Of a DNA stretch of 60,000 nt, positions 38,075 to 51,490 are shown one piece after another (position 1 is the stretch's first letter; each line of letters opens with the position of its first letter). The notes below the pieces were generated by a model. The model ran no database searches. It was not told where the DNA came from and saw only the letters and a program-made list of their open reading frames with translations. A program made the translations under genes and the position numbers. Where the stretch lies: positions 77,998,001-78,058,000 of the forward strand of contig CM052817.1 in the NCBI GenBank assembly GCA_028534125.1, read 5' to 3'. The stretch comes from Lama glama (lineage: Eukaryota).

Positions 38075-38240
38075 GTCCAATCTCTAATCTTTCTGAACCT
38101 CAGTTTCCATGTTTGTAAAGTGGTAATAATTTCCTGGCTTACTTTACTAAGTTATGCAAAGGGTAAAATGAGATGATACATATGAAAAAAAAACTGCTTT
38201 GCTATCTACTCCACACTCTATATGACTGAGATATTATTTG
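38075..38240 (+). mobile_element. MIR SINE
   Basis: 'ctttctgaacctcagtttccatgtttgtaaagtggtaataat...taaaatgagatgatacatatgaaa'. Confidence 0.75.
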
Positions 38241-39429
38241 GAGGAGTCAAGAGACTAAGTTATGTTTATGACTGCATTTTGGACAAAGCTTAAAAGAATG
38301 TGTATGTCAAAGGTAATATGATTAGGTATCGGAGCATATTTCTGAAAGTTACTGTGATGTATTCTAGCTAGAAATTAAGTCACGATTCACACACCTTTTT
38401 AAATATTATTTTCCAAGTGACACATGCAAATAATTTGAAAACACCAAAGAATTCAGTAAGATTTATTTAAAACAAAGAGAGCTATCTCCTGTCCACCATG
38501 CACCCAAATATATAGAACACATCTCTAGTACTCAGTTAGCCATTTTCAACTTTTAGATATTTAGTTGATTCTTTGTCTGGTATTTAACTCTGTATTTCTA
38601 AATAACATGTCATACTGCTTCTTGATGCTTCTTGGGGAATAGATGGACTTGGATAATCACATATTAATTATGATTAATTCGAGCAGAGATATTCTTTTTA
38701 GGGAACTACAAATGTAGATGTGGTCAGCAAACAACTCATGGAAGAGGAGGGTATTTCCTCTGACTCATAAAAAGTTGATAATAATAGAAACTTATGGTAG
38801 AATTTTGGAAATAGATACATCTTCTAAATTTTCTTTTACACAATTGTATTTCCCAAACAAGTGTATTATTACTGCTATTTACATATGGAAAACAAATTTA
38901 AAATTAAATGTAGGATTATATGGTATATATATTATATATAAAAAGCTGTACCAGAATGAAGTAGAGGACATGCCTACCTAAGCAGTTAGAATTAAAAAAT
39001 TTAATATGTCTTTGCTAAACTAGATTATGTCTCTTTTTTTGAGTATGGACAGGGCAAATGAATGTTTAGACTCAAAAAGCGAATATGATGTTGTTAATAA
39101 ACATTTAATCAAAAAGGGGTTGACAACATACCATTTTGTGTTTATAGTAATGGACAGTATCTGCCACAATAGCCATGTGGAACTTTTGTAAAATACATTT
39201 CAATTATTCATTAAAATACAACTTTTCAAAAAGCAGTTTTTCCTGCCAAAATTTAGTTAATTTAGAATACTTGCATTGTCACATCCATATTTATTAAGTG
39301 ATCTCTAGCCACTGAAGTATCCTTAATCTACTGTTGTCAGTGAATTTAAAGGGTCTTCCAGTAGCCCTCATGCTCAGTATCCATATTACCAGGGATTCCT
39401 ATGACAAGTGAAATTAACTGCATGGCCTT

Positions 39430-39762
39430 AGCTAGCAAAGTTTATCTTCCATTCAGTCAGCTAAATAAATCTTTTTAAGGCATAAATCTAAGTATGTCAT
39501 CTCCCCAACTTAAAGTTTTCCAGTGGACTTCAATTATATTTGAAATAAAATCCAACTACTTTTCTGTGATTTATAAATCTCTGTTATCCAGGTCTGCCCT
39601 CTCAGACCTTATTTCCCCTATGTCTGCTTTTCCTTCCACACGATCCAGTCATACTAGCTTAATGTTCCTCAAAGACTTAATTCTGCTATTTCAACCAAGC
39701 TCATTTTTAACTTGGAGGCTTTGCAATTTGTTTAGAATGTTCTTCCTCCTTGAACTACTCCT
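39430..39762 (+). mobile_element. L2 fragment (5' part of a split L2)
   Basis: 'atctttttaaggcataaatctaagtatgtcatctccccaacttaaagttttccagtgg...gaaataaaatccaact...tagaatgttcttcctcc'. Confidence 0.85.
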
Positions 39763-40320
39763 TGTGGTAAGCAATTTGTAACATGGTTCCCCAAAATCCT
39801 CATCTCCTGATATCTATGTCCTGTGTCATCCCAGCCCCTGTGCATAAGCTAAACCTCCAGACTCATTCTTATGAAAAGAACATGACAAAATTAGTGAGAA
39901 GTCACTTTTAAGAGTAGGATATAGATAGATAGCGGCTTCTGTTTTGGGCTCTCTGTATGTCTCACTTTCATGCCCTCTAATCCCGCATTCTAAGGGAAGC
40001 CAGATGTTGCATTGTGAGTATCCCCTTAGAGAAACCCATAAGGCAAGAAAATGATGTCTCCAGCCAATAGCCAACGAAGACTGAAATCTTGCCAACAGCT
40101 TGTGAAGGCGCCTGACAGCAGATCCCCTCCAGTTGAACCTGGAGATGACTGCAGCCCCAGCTGACACCATGGCTGCATTCTTGCTGGAGACCCCCTGCCC
40201 GTGGACCCAGTTAAGCCATGCCTGGATTCTTGACCCATGGAAATTATGAGATAATAAAGGTTTATTGTTTTAAGTCACAAAATCTCAAGGTAATTTCTCA
40301 CTCAGATCTTAGATCTAGTA
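39763..40320 (+). mobile_element. MLT1F-like MaLR LTR
   Basis: tgtggtaagc start; 'tctccagccaatagccaacgaagactga...ggagatgactgcagccccagctgacacc...cccagttaagccatgcctggattcttgaccca...gagataataaa'. Confidence 0.9.
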
Positions 40321-40333
40321 TCTGTTTTCTACA

Positions 40334-40538
40334 ACGGGATCAGCAAACTTTCTGCCAAGGGCTATATAGTAAATATTTTAGCCTTTGGGGGTCATAAGGT
40401 CTTTGTCGCAAACTCCAAAATCTGCCATTATATCAGGAAATCTGCCAAAGACAACATGTAAATGAATGTTTGTGACGGTGGTTCCAAGCAAATTCTATTT
40501 AAGGAATAAAGTGGCAGGCCATGGTTTGCCCGTCCCTA
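40334..40538 (+). mobile_element. MER58A-like hAT-Charlie MITE
   Basis: 'gggatcagcaaactttctg...aagggctatatagtaaatattttagcctttg...gacaacatgtaaatgaatg...gtttgcccgtccct'. Confidence 0.85.
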
Positions 40539-40539
40539 C

Positions 40540-40722
40540 TCTCAGAGACCATTCCAGGCCCCTGGATCTATATCATTTCTTCCAAACTAAAGTCCCTATC
40601 ATTTTAGCTTGTTTGATTTATTCTTTTCATATCCTTCTCATTGGATTGGAAGTTGCCTGAAAGCATATTGAGCTCTATAGCCCAGAACGGTGACCAGCAT
40701 GTTAGACAGTAAATACTGAATG
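40540..40722 (+). mobile_element. L2 3' end (continuation of 39430-39762)
   Basis: 'ttggattggaagttgcctgaaagca...atagcccagaacggtgaccagcat...cagtaaatactgaatg'. Confidence 0.65.
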
Positions 40723-42414
40723 GGACCAAGGGTTGATTTGGTGAAGTTGGAGGAGGACTTCTCAAATGAGGAAGTGTCCAGGAACAATGTTATCAATTAA
40801 AAATGTATGAAAAAGAGAAGACTAAGATATATCATGGTACAGTCAAATATCTGTCCTGTCCTGTCAAAAAGGGCATTGTTTGATCTCTGTTCCTTCAAAG
40901 TGCAGAACTATGAAGAACCACCCTCTATGGCAACCTCTTTATACCTCCCTAGAATATTATCCATTTCTACCTCCCTTTTTCCTACTTTTGTACTTGGTAT
41001 ACACAAAACAATTTAAATATATAATTATTGACGTAATCATTTTTTTCAGTTTAGCTCCCCAACTAGAATGTGAATCATTTTCATCTTTGTATGCCAGAAC
41101 GTGTATGTCAATGGCAGTGCTCAATAAATGGTTGTCTGTCATAGTATGTGCACAATAAATCAACTCTGGAAAGAGGGAAATGTCGAGAGGTCGGGGGAGA
41201 GAAGAAGAAATCAATTTAGAGGAATAGTTTTTGTTCACCCCTAGGAATTCCAGATAAAGCACAATGTTCTAAACATGAAAAATGTTCAGAAATTAGCTGG
41301 TCTGCGTCTGCAGTGTCTTCTCTCAGGGAATATTACTCCTTTCACATGATTTGTCTAGATAATTGTCTTTATTTTGCTGATAGAAGTAAGCATTAGAAAA
41401 CTTTATTGAATGCTTACTCTCCATAGATGCCAAGCCCAATCTTCCTTTTTCGTTTTGCCACATAACCACTGTGTTTTATTATGGCACAGAATATATAAAT
41501 TTCCATTTTTCTTCTGGAACAATGTTTGTCATTCTCTGTAACATTATGAAATATTAGAATATATAACAAAAGGAGGGAACAGCTGCCCTTGGGTAAAACC
41601 CTATGTTTTGCAAATGAGTAATAAATGAATCATACATACTTTTTAAGGTTATGGTTGCACAAAATACTTACTAAAGTTTATTCATAAGCATGAGTCAGTC
41701 AGATAAGAATGAGTCAAATTTGGCTTTCCAGCTTTGTAGTAATGTATTGGATTATGCCTTATGGGGATGGTACACATACTTTTATCGAGATAATCATATG
41801 TCTGGTTCTGCAAATAATGTATGTTTGTTCTTTCAGCTTAGCAAATTACAGCTCGGAGTTTGGGGACAGGGTATGGTTTGGATGTCGATGTTACTGGCTG
41901 TCGATCTTAATCTCTACTGTTTTTGATTGTATATAATTTATTTTAATTGCAGAGAAGCATAGATTTCAAATTTAACTTTGGTATAGCTTTCAACACAACA
42001 TAATAGAGAGAAATCACACTACAATTGATCTTTATTGCTATCATTTGGTCTATGATAGGACATTTGATCATTAACATTCTGGGTTAAAAATAAGTTGAAA
42101 AGGAATGAAACATTACGATGCTTTATGTTGGACTTTAAATTCTACATTTCTAACTTTTTGTGTTTTTGTATTCATTGTAGAAATAATTTTTGAAAAGCAA
42201 GAAAAAGCATGCAAACTATGAAATCATTCACAATTACAGTGTTTGGAAATAACCATAGTTTACATTTTGATATTTAAGCTTCCAATCTTTTACATATGTA
42301 TTTCTATATTAAAAATCAAGAATTAAAATACAGTCAGACTGACAATAATGTTTTAGACATTGATATTATTCTCTGAGAGGTTATTAGATAAACATGAATA
42401 ATAATAGAAGTACA

Positions 42415-42566
42415 TTTGCTTATTTTTTGTCTGTCTGCACTTCCCTTCTAGAATGTAAGCACCATTGGGACAGGGACTTGTGTGTGTGAGTGTGTGTGTT
42501 TTTTAAACTCTTTAATCCTGATTGCCTGAAACAGTGCCTTGTACTTATTTGTTCAGTGAGTTAATG
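42415..42566 (+). mobile_element. L2 3' end
   Basis: 'ctagaatgtaagcaccattgggacagggacttgt...gcctgaaacagtgcctt'. Confidence 0.8.
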
Positions 42567-42739
42567 GTAGTTGACATTTTTATGTTATGTTATAATATGT
42601 TTAAAACAGATTCTAATTTCAGTATTCCTATAAAATAGTATTTTAATGCCAGGGAGATTGTACTGTAATTCAGTTTTAACCAATCTTCATTTGAAGAACA
42701 CTTAAGTTCTAATTTTTACCTTTTTGAGAATAACATATT

Positions 42740-44310
42740 TTTCATATTTTAATAGTTTTATCTCTTTTGTTCCTCTAGCTTAATTGAATAGACCAGAACT
42801 TTGAGAGTAATATTGAGCCACAATGATTGCAGTGTGAATACTTATGTTAATCTTGAATTAAGTGGAGTGTCTCTAAAGTTTTATAATTAAATTCAGTGGT
42901 GGTTTTTGGCTTTACGTAGATATTCTTATCATTTGGAAGAAATATATTTCTATTTATACCTTACTATTTTTAGAAATAAAGATGTGATGTGAAATGTTAT
43001 CAAAATTCTTTGTCATTTGGCCAATTATTATGAGATACAGATGATCAAATTTTCCTAATATTAAGCAGTTTTTAACTTAAATGGAAGATACTTATTTAGT
43101 CATGATGTTGTATCTTTTATATACTGTTGGATTAACTTAGCTACTATCTTGATTTGACTTTTGTTTATTTATAAGCAAAATTTGTCTCTAATTTTCTTTT
43201 ATAGAACAAACTTAGGTAGTTTTTGGTTAAAGAAGATGGGCTAATTTCACTGAGATTTATTTAAATCCTTTCTATGCTCTGGAATGGTTTATTTACAAGA
43301 ATATTATATTTCTTCAAATTTTGAAAGAAATCACTAATAAAAATCTTGAGAACCATGTCTTTTAAAATAGATGAGTACTTGAAAATATATTTCCTTTATT
43401 CCACAGCAGTCATTTTATGATGATGGTAATCTTATATGGTACAGCATTTTGCAAGCTCCTTGACATACAGTTCTGCAAAATTGCAAAGATTTAAAAAAAA
43501 TTTCATGACACTGAGATAATAAGAAAAATAATATAATATTCCTCAGAGTCATTTATTCTGGAAATCTCTCCCAATTTTTGTAGTACAGTTTTCATAAAAC
43601 AAATATATGTTAAATGAGCAAACCAGTAAATTTTGTCTGTGTAAGTGGCTTATTCAACTTTTCTGGTGTCTTTTGGGTAATCATACTGAGAAATAATCAT
43701 TTTTAGGCAATGATTCATTTGTACTCTATTTTCAAATATGTTGCCGTCATGTTTCATGAGATATTTTCTTTTACTTTTTAGAAAACTTTTCTGAGTGACA
43801 CACCTCTTTTTATCATTTCTTTTCTTTTTCCTTTTTTTTTTTTTTGAGAGGGGAGGTAATTAGGGCTTTATTTATATTATTATGTGTTTATTTTAGTGGA
43901 GGTACTGGGGGTTGAACCCAGGATCTCTTGCATGCTAAGCACACACTCTACCACTAAGCTGTATCTACCCCACCTCCTTTATCATGTTTAATTGTATTAT
44001 TGCTGTCTTTCTTTAATAGGATTTCAAACAGTTGATCAGTTTGGTCTTTCCATCAAACCAGCTTTCTTCTTTTTAACTAATTTCAGCCTTATTTTTGTTT
44101 TACCGCTTTCCTAGTTTCTTTTGGTTTATATTGTTCTTTATATAAAGTTCTTTAGCTGAGTACTAGATTTCTTAATTTTTGACCTTTTCCTCTTGATAAT
44201 AATGAAATAATTTTACTTTCATTGCATTTAGATAGGTTGTAATTTTTCTTTAGATTTCATTGTTAGGAGAATGTTTCTCAACGTCTAAGTAATTAGAATA
44301 TTATTTAGAA
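42740..44310 (-). mobile_element. Old L1 ORF2 fragments (antisense), with internal insertions
   Basis: 'gaatagaccagaactttgagagtaatattga...gaaatgttatcaaaattcttt...tagtcatgatgttgtatcttttatatactgttggatt' are classic antisense L1 ORF2; interrupted by the Vic-1 SINE and an unassigned block at about 43400-43630. Confidence 0.75.
43817..43970 (-). mobile_element. Vic-1-type camelid tRNA-derived SINE with TSD
   Basis: Poly-T tail, then 'ggggaggtaattagg...tggaggtactgggggttgaacccaggatctcttgcatgctaagcacacactctaccactaagct'; flanked by cacctctttttatcat (43801-43816) and cacctcctttatcat (43971-43985). Confidence 0.9.
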
Positions 44311-44314
44311 GATT

Positions 44315-44605
44315 TTTTTTTCTTAATGAGGTAAAATTCACATAAAAGAAAATTAACCATTTTAAAGTGAAAATTCAATGGCATTCAGTATATTTACAAT
44401 GTTGTACATCTACCATCTCTATCCAGTTCCAAAATATTTTCAGTACCCCTAAAGGAAGCAATGCTCCCCACTCCCCTCTCTCTCCCAGCTCCTGGAACCA
44501 CCAGTCTGCATTCTGTCTCTATGGATTTATTTTCCATATACTTCACATAAGTGGGTTTATACATTGTGCATCATTTTTGTGTGCCTTCTTTCACTTAGCA
44601 TGATG
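44315..44605 (-). mobile_element. L1MB-like 3' end
   Basis: 'gaggtaaaattcacataa...aaattaaccattttaaagtgaaaattcaatggcattcagtatatttacaatgttgtac...tctttcacttagcatgatgt'. Confidence 0.88.
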
Positions 44606-44976
44606 TGCTATCTATACTACTACCTGCAGCAAACAGTCCTACAGCCCCTGTGGTAATTGGCCTCAAATGGCCAGGACTTCATAAATAACTGACAGCTTCT
44701 CTAATTTTTCCCTCACTTCCAACTTAGGACCAACTGAAGAAGGCCAAATATGCTCCCCTAACCAATTACATAGGATGTCTCACTTCTAGTTAGCTTGCCG
44801 ACAGCTTCCCCATGCCAACAGTCTCCAATCAGGGAATACCTAAAGCTTTGCCTTTTTTCCACTTCAAAGTTCTCCCAACTCTGCCTGCTTCTGAGTCTGT
44901 GCTAAACACAAGTAATGTTTACTCCTCCTTTGCTGTAGCAAACTCTGAATAAATACTCTTTGCTTATTTTCATCAA
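44606..44976 (+). mobile_element. ERV1-class LTR fragment (MER31-like)
   Basis: 'cttccaacttaggaccaac...gccaaatatgctcccctaaccaattacataggatg...gtagcaaactctgaataaa'. Confidence 0.75.
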
Positions 44977-46085
44977 CTTGCTGGAGTCTCTGTGTGGATA
45001 AGTCTGAGAGTTAAAAACTCCAGGAGGAGTCAGTCATTGGAGGGTCTCTACACTTCTGTGAGTTTTATCTCCAGGATTTCAACAAAGTTCTTACAGTAAA
45101 TATTGGAGAAAAATCACCCGTGCTTTTGGCACAGGGAAAGGAAAAGAAACCATTTTGAAATACACCAGAGCATTCTCCTCTTCTCATACAAGTTCTGCCC
45201 TCAGGAGAAACTTGGCAACCAGAGGCTAACCTGCTAGGGTTAGCCTAACTGACCTGGAGGATGGGAAATTTGCAACTCCAGCCAGCTCTGGCCTTCCATA
45301 TGGGTGAAAGAAAACACACAGCTCTAGCCCCCTGTAGCCATCCTGTCCCACCTAAGGGAAAAGGGAATGGGACTGAGATGCCCTTTTAAAGTTCATAGTC
45401 TGGGGGCATGGGCTCACTAAAAGACTGAGATTAGAATTCTTCCTCCCCACTCCCCCCACCACACACACACACACACACACACACTTTACTACTACTAAAG
45501 GCATAGTCAAAGCAATTCTGTTTGCTTGGTATATTATATCTAGCTATCAAGAAAAACTTACAAGACATACTAAAAAGCAAGAAATGCAATTTGAAGTGAT
45601 AGAGGAAGCATCAGAACAAAACATGGCAGGGACATTGGAATTATCAGCCTGGGAATTTAAGACAATCGTGATTTATTAGCATATTAGGATTAATAGGAGA
45701 AGAATTCTAATGGATAGATAAAGTAGACAACATGCAAGAACAGATGGGCAGTGTAACTAGAGAATGAAAATCCGAAGGGGAAAAAAAAGAAATATTAGAG
45801 ATTAAAATCACTGTAAGAGAAATGAAGAATGCTTTTAATGATCTTCCCGTCACAGCTGAGGAAAGAATCTTTGAGTTAGAGGATATCTCAATGGAAACTT
45901 CCAAAAGGACTTTGAATGACTGTATGTGTCAGTGTTGGTTAATCAATTGTAACAAAATGTACCACTCTGACGGGGATGTTGGTAATAGGGGAGGCTATGA
46001 ATGAGTAGGGTTAGGAATTATATAGGAAATACCTGTACTTTCTGCTCAGTTTGGTTATGAACCTAAAGCTGCTCTAAAATATAAA
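44977..46085 (+). mobile_element. L1MC-type element: 5' UTR/ORF1 start fused to 3' UTR
   Basis: 44977-45905 is L1M 5' UTR and ORF1-like ('gacaacatgcaagaacagatgggcagtgtaactagaga'). 45906-46085 is an L1MC1-like 3' end ('aattgtaacaaaatgtaccactctga...tgaacctaaagctgctctaaaa'). Contains (CA)n at about 45461-45484. Confidence 0.8.
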
Positions 46086-46118
<33 letters not shown>

Positions 46119-46160
46119 CAACATATACACACACACACACACATATACATATGTATATAT
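46086..46160. repeat. Compound (GT)12/(TA)n/(AC)8 microsatellite
   Basis: Seen directly. Confidence 0.95.
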
Positions 46161-46899
46161 TCTCTGTCTACTAATTCAGCTCTTACACAGATATTTTTCT
46201 TCACTTTATCTACAGAATTATTTATTGAGGAAATTATTGTTTTTACCCTAGGATATCTCTTTAGTGCCTTATTAGCATATTGGTAAGTGTTTGTTATTTT
46301 TGTAATCAAAATGTCATCTATCTCTTCAGCAGCTGTTTTACCAGCTGTGCACTTTTATTTCATTGCCTTCTTCAGTTCCTGGTTATGAGCTCCCTTGGGT
46401 TTCTTTAGGTGGTCTCGATTTTTGATAGATCACTGAGGTGTGGGTCCATCAGCCTCTGGCAGGCCAGGATGAAGAGGAACATTTATGCAGAACTGAAAGC
46501 CACCTTCTCCAGGTATCCAGACATTTCCTTTCAGGATGACACCCTGTTTTTAACTGGGGAACCCTGATGCCAGCCTTAGGTTACTCCATTCTAAGAAAAC
46601 AACAACAAAAATCAATTCTGTCTACCACTACCTGGAGTTCCATGTAGTCCAACATCACACTTGCCCCTAAACTCTATGACTCAGGTTAGATTGGTTGAAA
46701 ATCAAAGAAAGGGGTATAATTTTCCGTAACCTATATTGTGGGAATCCTTTTTTCTATAAGCAACAGTAGATCGGATATGCATAAATCACAGATTGCATAT
46801 CTCCCTCATTCTTTCAGGCGTTTTTATGTACAGTATCACTGCTTTCTTTGTAATAAACACAGTGCCAGGGTACACTTAGAAGGAGAAGAGCCCAATATT

Positions 46900-47240
46900 A
46901 ATAAGCAGTTCAACCTCTTTTCCTTCTTTGTCTTCTGCTCAGCATCGTCAGCAGGTTACTTTCAGCCTTACAAATGAGCTGTTTAAAAGGCAGGAAGAAA
47001 GGAGTGGTGGGAAATAATGGTTCTTCTCTTCTCAAGTAAAAATCCTTCCCTGGAAGATACCTTCTAGCTCATTGGTCAGAATAGGCTCACATGATCAGCC
47101 TTAGCTGCAAGGGAGCGTAGGAAGTGGGTGGTTCATATTTTTAACATTTATCAGGTGAGACAGGCAGGTTCTGCACTAAAGAAGGGGGACGGGAACGGAA
47201 GGGGACTGCTGTTAGAGTAGGCTTGCTGTGTTCCCAGAAG
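46900..47240 (-). mobile_element. MaLR LTR (MLT1J/K-like)
   Basis: 'ctcattggtcagaataggctcacatgatcagccttagctgcaagggagcgtaggaag'. Confidence 0.75.
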
Positions 47241-48231
47241 GCTGTTGAAAGTCAGGTCTTGAGTAGGGAAACACATGTTCCTGGCTATCAGAGAAATCTG
47301 CTTTCGCTCATGGTTGCCTCCCTCAGTTTGGTGCAGTGTCCACCTGTATGTGTCATATTCAGGACAGAGACTGTCATTTTCCCCAAATCTCTTGTCCTGC
47401 TGTTCTGACTCAGGGCTTAATAATACTTTTGTGCCTGAAAATTCCTCTTAAGATCTGGCATATCTTTTATCAACAGTCCTATTTCCTACCACGGTTGCAG
47501 ATTTATATCTGTGTTTGAGATTGCATAAGATTTTCATGGGAAAATTGATAAAGGATTAGGAAGTGGTTGCTGAATGATTTCATCTTAACCTCAATTCTCT
47601 ACATTGTCTTGAGGAGATATTTTTCAGTGTACAAAAACAAAGTCTAATTGACAGTCAAAATCCTAGCTGCTCTGAAATTGTTAATGAGCAAGATAATAAT
47701 AGGTCTTAATTTTTGCATTGATTTTTTTTCTCTAAAAATTTCTGCTAATTTTTCCCTTTAATGTTAGGTTATGAATTTATGCTACACTTGATCGTGTGAC
47801 CTAAGGTGGCTGCATATGATCTGATTCTACAGGGAGCCGGAAAGGCAGGTCAAGATAGTAAAGCAAGACAGAGGAATTCTGTACAAAAGTACTGAACTAT
47901 GTAAAAAATACTAAGTGTAGAGCAAATGAGCACAGTTTTACACGGTTAGCATGAAGTTAGGAGTCTTGTGATTGTTTGGCCAAGCCACAAAAACCCTTCT
48001 ATTCCAAATGAGGTTTTTATTTTGTCATGATGAGATATTTTGGGGAAGGTGGGAGTAAAATAAAGGAAACTATATCATATAATAGTACAGATAATATTTA
48101 TTTAAATCCTTCATATGATGTAACATTGTCCTAGTACTTAAGAGGTCCAGCATTCTTTATAGCCTGATATATTTATTTAGATAAGCTGTATTCTCTAGGC
48201 AGAAAACATTCTGATGTCTCATGATATCTTA

Positions 48232-48378
48232 TCACTCAAAATACAGTTCATGGACTAGCAGCCTCTGTACCACCTGGGAGTTAATTAGAAATGCAGAGTC
48301 TTAGGCTGTACCCCTAATATTAGACCTGCTCAATCCAAATCTCATCGCGCCAAGATCCCAGGTGTTTGAGAAGCACTG
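48232..48378. mobile_element. MER5A-like hAT-Charlie MITE
   Basis: 'ggactagcagc...cacctgggagttaattagaaatgcagagtcttaggc...caagatcccaggtgtttgagaagcactg'. Confidence 0.85.
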
Positions 48379-50003
48379 ATGTAGTGTCTGAAAGTGGGGA
48401 GAGAGTGAACGTGAGGAAGGTAAAAACTAACCATCATTTCGGGAAACTATGGTGCTGATGAGTTTTTCCTTTCTGTATTACTTTCAGGCTCAGCTTTATT
48501 TGCTGATAGAATTACACACATTAAAAAGCCTTCCATGTCCTTCTTTCTACCAATAACTTCATCCAGGCCCTGAATTCTAATTTTTAGAAGCACTTCTTTA
48601 TAGTTAAGTGTGAACAGAGGTTAAAACATTAATCTTACTGAATTAAGTAATACATTATCCTATTTACACAAAAGGAAAGACTTGTGCTAGTTTTTGTTTG
48701 TGCGTTTGTGTTTAAATGAAGCAGGGCCCAAGGAAATTGGAATAGAAAGTTTGCATCTGGTGAAGGGATAAATCTGAACCATGAAGCATGACCATGGGGA
48801 CGATGCCCATGGGGGCCCCAGAATAGCCTCGGGAAATTGAGATGAGGGAAGTTCCAAACAAGAGAGTTAGAAAAGACAGATTGAAAGTAGAGTTTACTTA
48901 GGATCAGTCCCAACAAACTTATCTACTTAATGTATATAAATTGTTCAAATAACAATCTTGGCAACTCTTTCCTGAGACAAATATGACTTGCAATCTTCCA
49001 GCTTGAATTCCTGAAGCATTAAACAGAGCATCCAGTTTCAGAAAATTCTTTCATCAAAATGGAATATCTGAAATGTTTTTTATTTCATTTTGGTTCTGCA
49101 CCAGAATGAAGCTTTACGATTACTCTATAAATAGACACATGGAAAATTAGATGTCTCAATGACAGCTTTGACTAAACCTAATTTTTAAAAAAAATTGTTA
49201 TGAACTAATTTAAAATCTTAGAAACAAGCTTTATTTTTACATTTCAGCAGTAAGCAATATTGAAGCATCTGCATTATGATTTTACTTTACATAAATAACT
49301 TTTTAAAGTCTATCCTTTTTTTTTTTCACTAAAAGAGATGACAATTTTAAATACTCTTCAGAGATAGGAAATGAATACCGCCATCTCTTAGTGTTTGTTA
49401 TGTGCCAGCTCTGGCCCTAAGATGCTCAAGATAAATACGTTAGGAGAAATAGGAGTTATTTCAGAGCATTTTCACATGAAAATTATTCTAAAGAAAATGT
49501 GCTCAGCAATTTTGGAATGAACCCCTAGCTAAGTTCTCCCTCCTCCCCACGCCTCACAAGCACAGAGACAGAGTAGGTGAGTTCATACCTGCATTTATAT
49601 CTACATTAATTCCTGCCTTTCTTTGAAGACTTAAGCAGGTAACTTAACAGATTTTGTTCTCCTGTTGTCTGAAAACTGGATCCTGAAAATAACTGTCTGA
49701 TAATTTTATTAAGCACTTTGAAAAGTATAGAACTCTATTATTAATGTAAATATCTGACTAGTGCTGCAAATAGTAGAGAGGATATTTTTGGTACCAAGAA
49801 ATGATGCTTTGCTAAGCTCATCCAAAATTATTTTCAAATAGTTTGTCATGCTAGGAGATAAATACTCCAAACAGGAGGACTTGAGAATGAGTCTTCATCT
49901 AATTTCTTTTTTTCTTAATATGTATAAAAACTCACCTGTAGTCTAGGTATGCTCATATGTTTTGGCCTTGCTCAGTTGTTGCACTTACATACATATGTTA
50001 TTT

Positions 50004-50006
<3 letters not shown>

Positions 50007-50035
<29 letters not shown>
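50007..50035. repeat. (AC)14 microsatellite
   Basis: Dinucleotide run. Confidence 0.97.
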
Positions 50036-50041
<6 letters not shown>

Positions 50042-51227
50042 AAGAGACTGGTTTGGGTTATTTTTCTTTGTTTTAGTTTATTTAAAAATTTTTTTGTTTG
50101 CTTTAGTTTTAAATTTCAAAAGTTTTAAAGCTTTATGTATCTGAAAGTCTTTAATTGACCTAAATTAAGAATTGTTCCTTAAGCAATTTACTTTGAAGTG
50201 GTCATTCAAAGTCAAATGAGTTGAAATATGATAGCAGATAAAGATCAGAAGATTCTTTGGAGGTCCAAACTCTCCCACTGAGGGCTCAGGAGAAAGAGAC
50301 ATTTAAAATAAATAAATAAACAAACAAAATGCTTTGTTTTCAGAGCACAGTCACTGTTCATTTTGATATCTCAAAGTAAACATCTTATCATTCCTATGCA
50401 TTATTCAAACGTGGAAAGAAGAGTGTCTGCATACATAATCAAATGGTCTGCACTGGATAAAATCTGGACTCATTTAATAAACTAGAGTAGAGCAGTCTTT
50501 ATAGCTTTCCCCTCATTTTCTCTAATTGGAGAGAAATTTACATATAATCACAGTTGCTGCATGAGATAGGAGAAATCTATTTTAATCATTTAATATTTCA
50601 TTTTAAAAGCCGAGTATTAACAACTTTCAAACATCTATAGACCTATAATTAAAAATTACCATTATTGCACATGATAGTCAAAGTATTACAGAAATCATAT
50701 TGTGGTATGCTATTCAAATTGTCTATTGCATTATATTACATGTATTCCATATTATTGTTTTGTCTCTACATTTTCACACCAAACTAAAATTCTTTCTTTT
50801 CTCAATATATACTTGGGACTGTTATTAAATTTTGAGGTTGATATTAAGACTTTTAAGATTATTTGTTTAATAAAGATATTGATATACATTTTAAATAACT
50901 TTTCTTTTTAATTTAGAAGTTGAGCTTCTTTGTTGGATGAGACTCAACAGTCACAGATATTACTGGTATAGTGTGGTTATTATGGAAAACTTACTTGAAA
51001 TGAAGAATTTAGACTTTCTAAATTTATGAAAGGAATTACTTGTTTTCTGAACTTTTCTTTAATTTTGGGGTTCCTCAATGGCATAAATGTTCACAAAATA
51101 ATATCAGAATTCTGCTTCCTGTATCACATTGTTTGGTTCATTTTATACGTGGCTGTCTTCTGATAGGAGACCATAAAGGTTTCAAAGGCAGGCAATATGC
51201 TTTATTTCCCCAGTTTCTAATATTATC

Positions 51228-51490
51228 CAATATATATGCATATAATCTTCGTAATCCAATTGTCTGTTGATGGGTTGCTTCCATGTCTTAACTATTGTAA
51301 ATAGTGCTGCTATGAACATTGGGTTGCATGTATCTTTTCAATTAGTGTTTTTATTTTTTTCCGTATGTATACCTAGGAGTGGAATTGCAAGATAACTCTA
51401 TTTTGTTTTTTAAGGAACATCCATATTTTTCTCTGTAGTGACTGCACCAGCTTGTATTCCTACCAACAATGTAGGAGGGTTTCCTTTTCT
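51228..51490 (-). mobile_element. L1 ORF2 end/3' UTR fragment (younger L1MA-like)
   Basis: 'gttgcttccatgtcttaactattgtaaatagtgctgctatgaacattggg...atacctaggagtggaattgc...ccaacaatgtaggagggttcc'. Confidence 0.9.
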
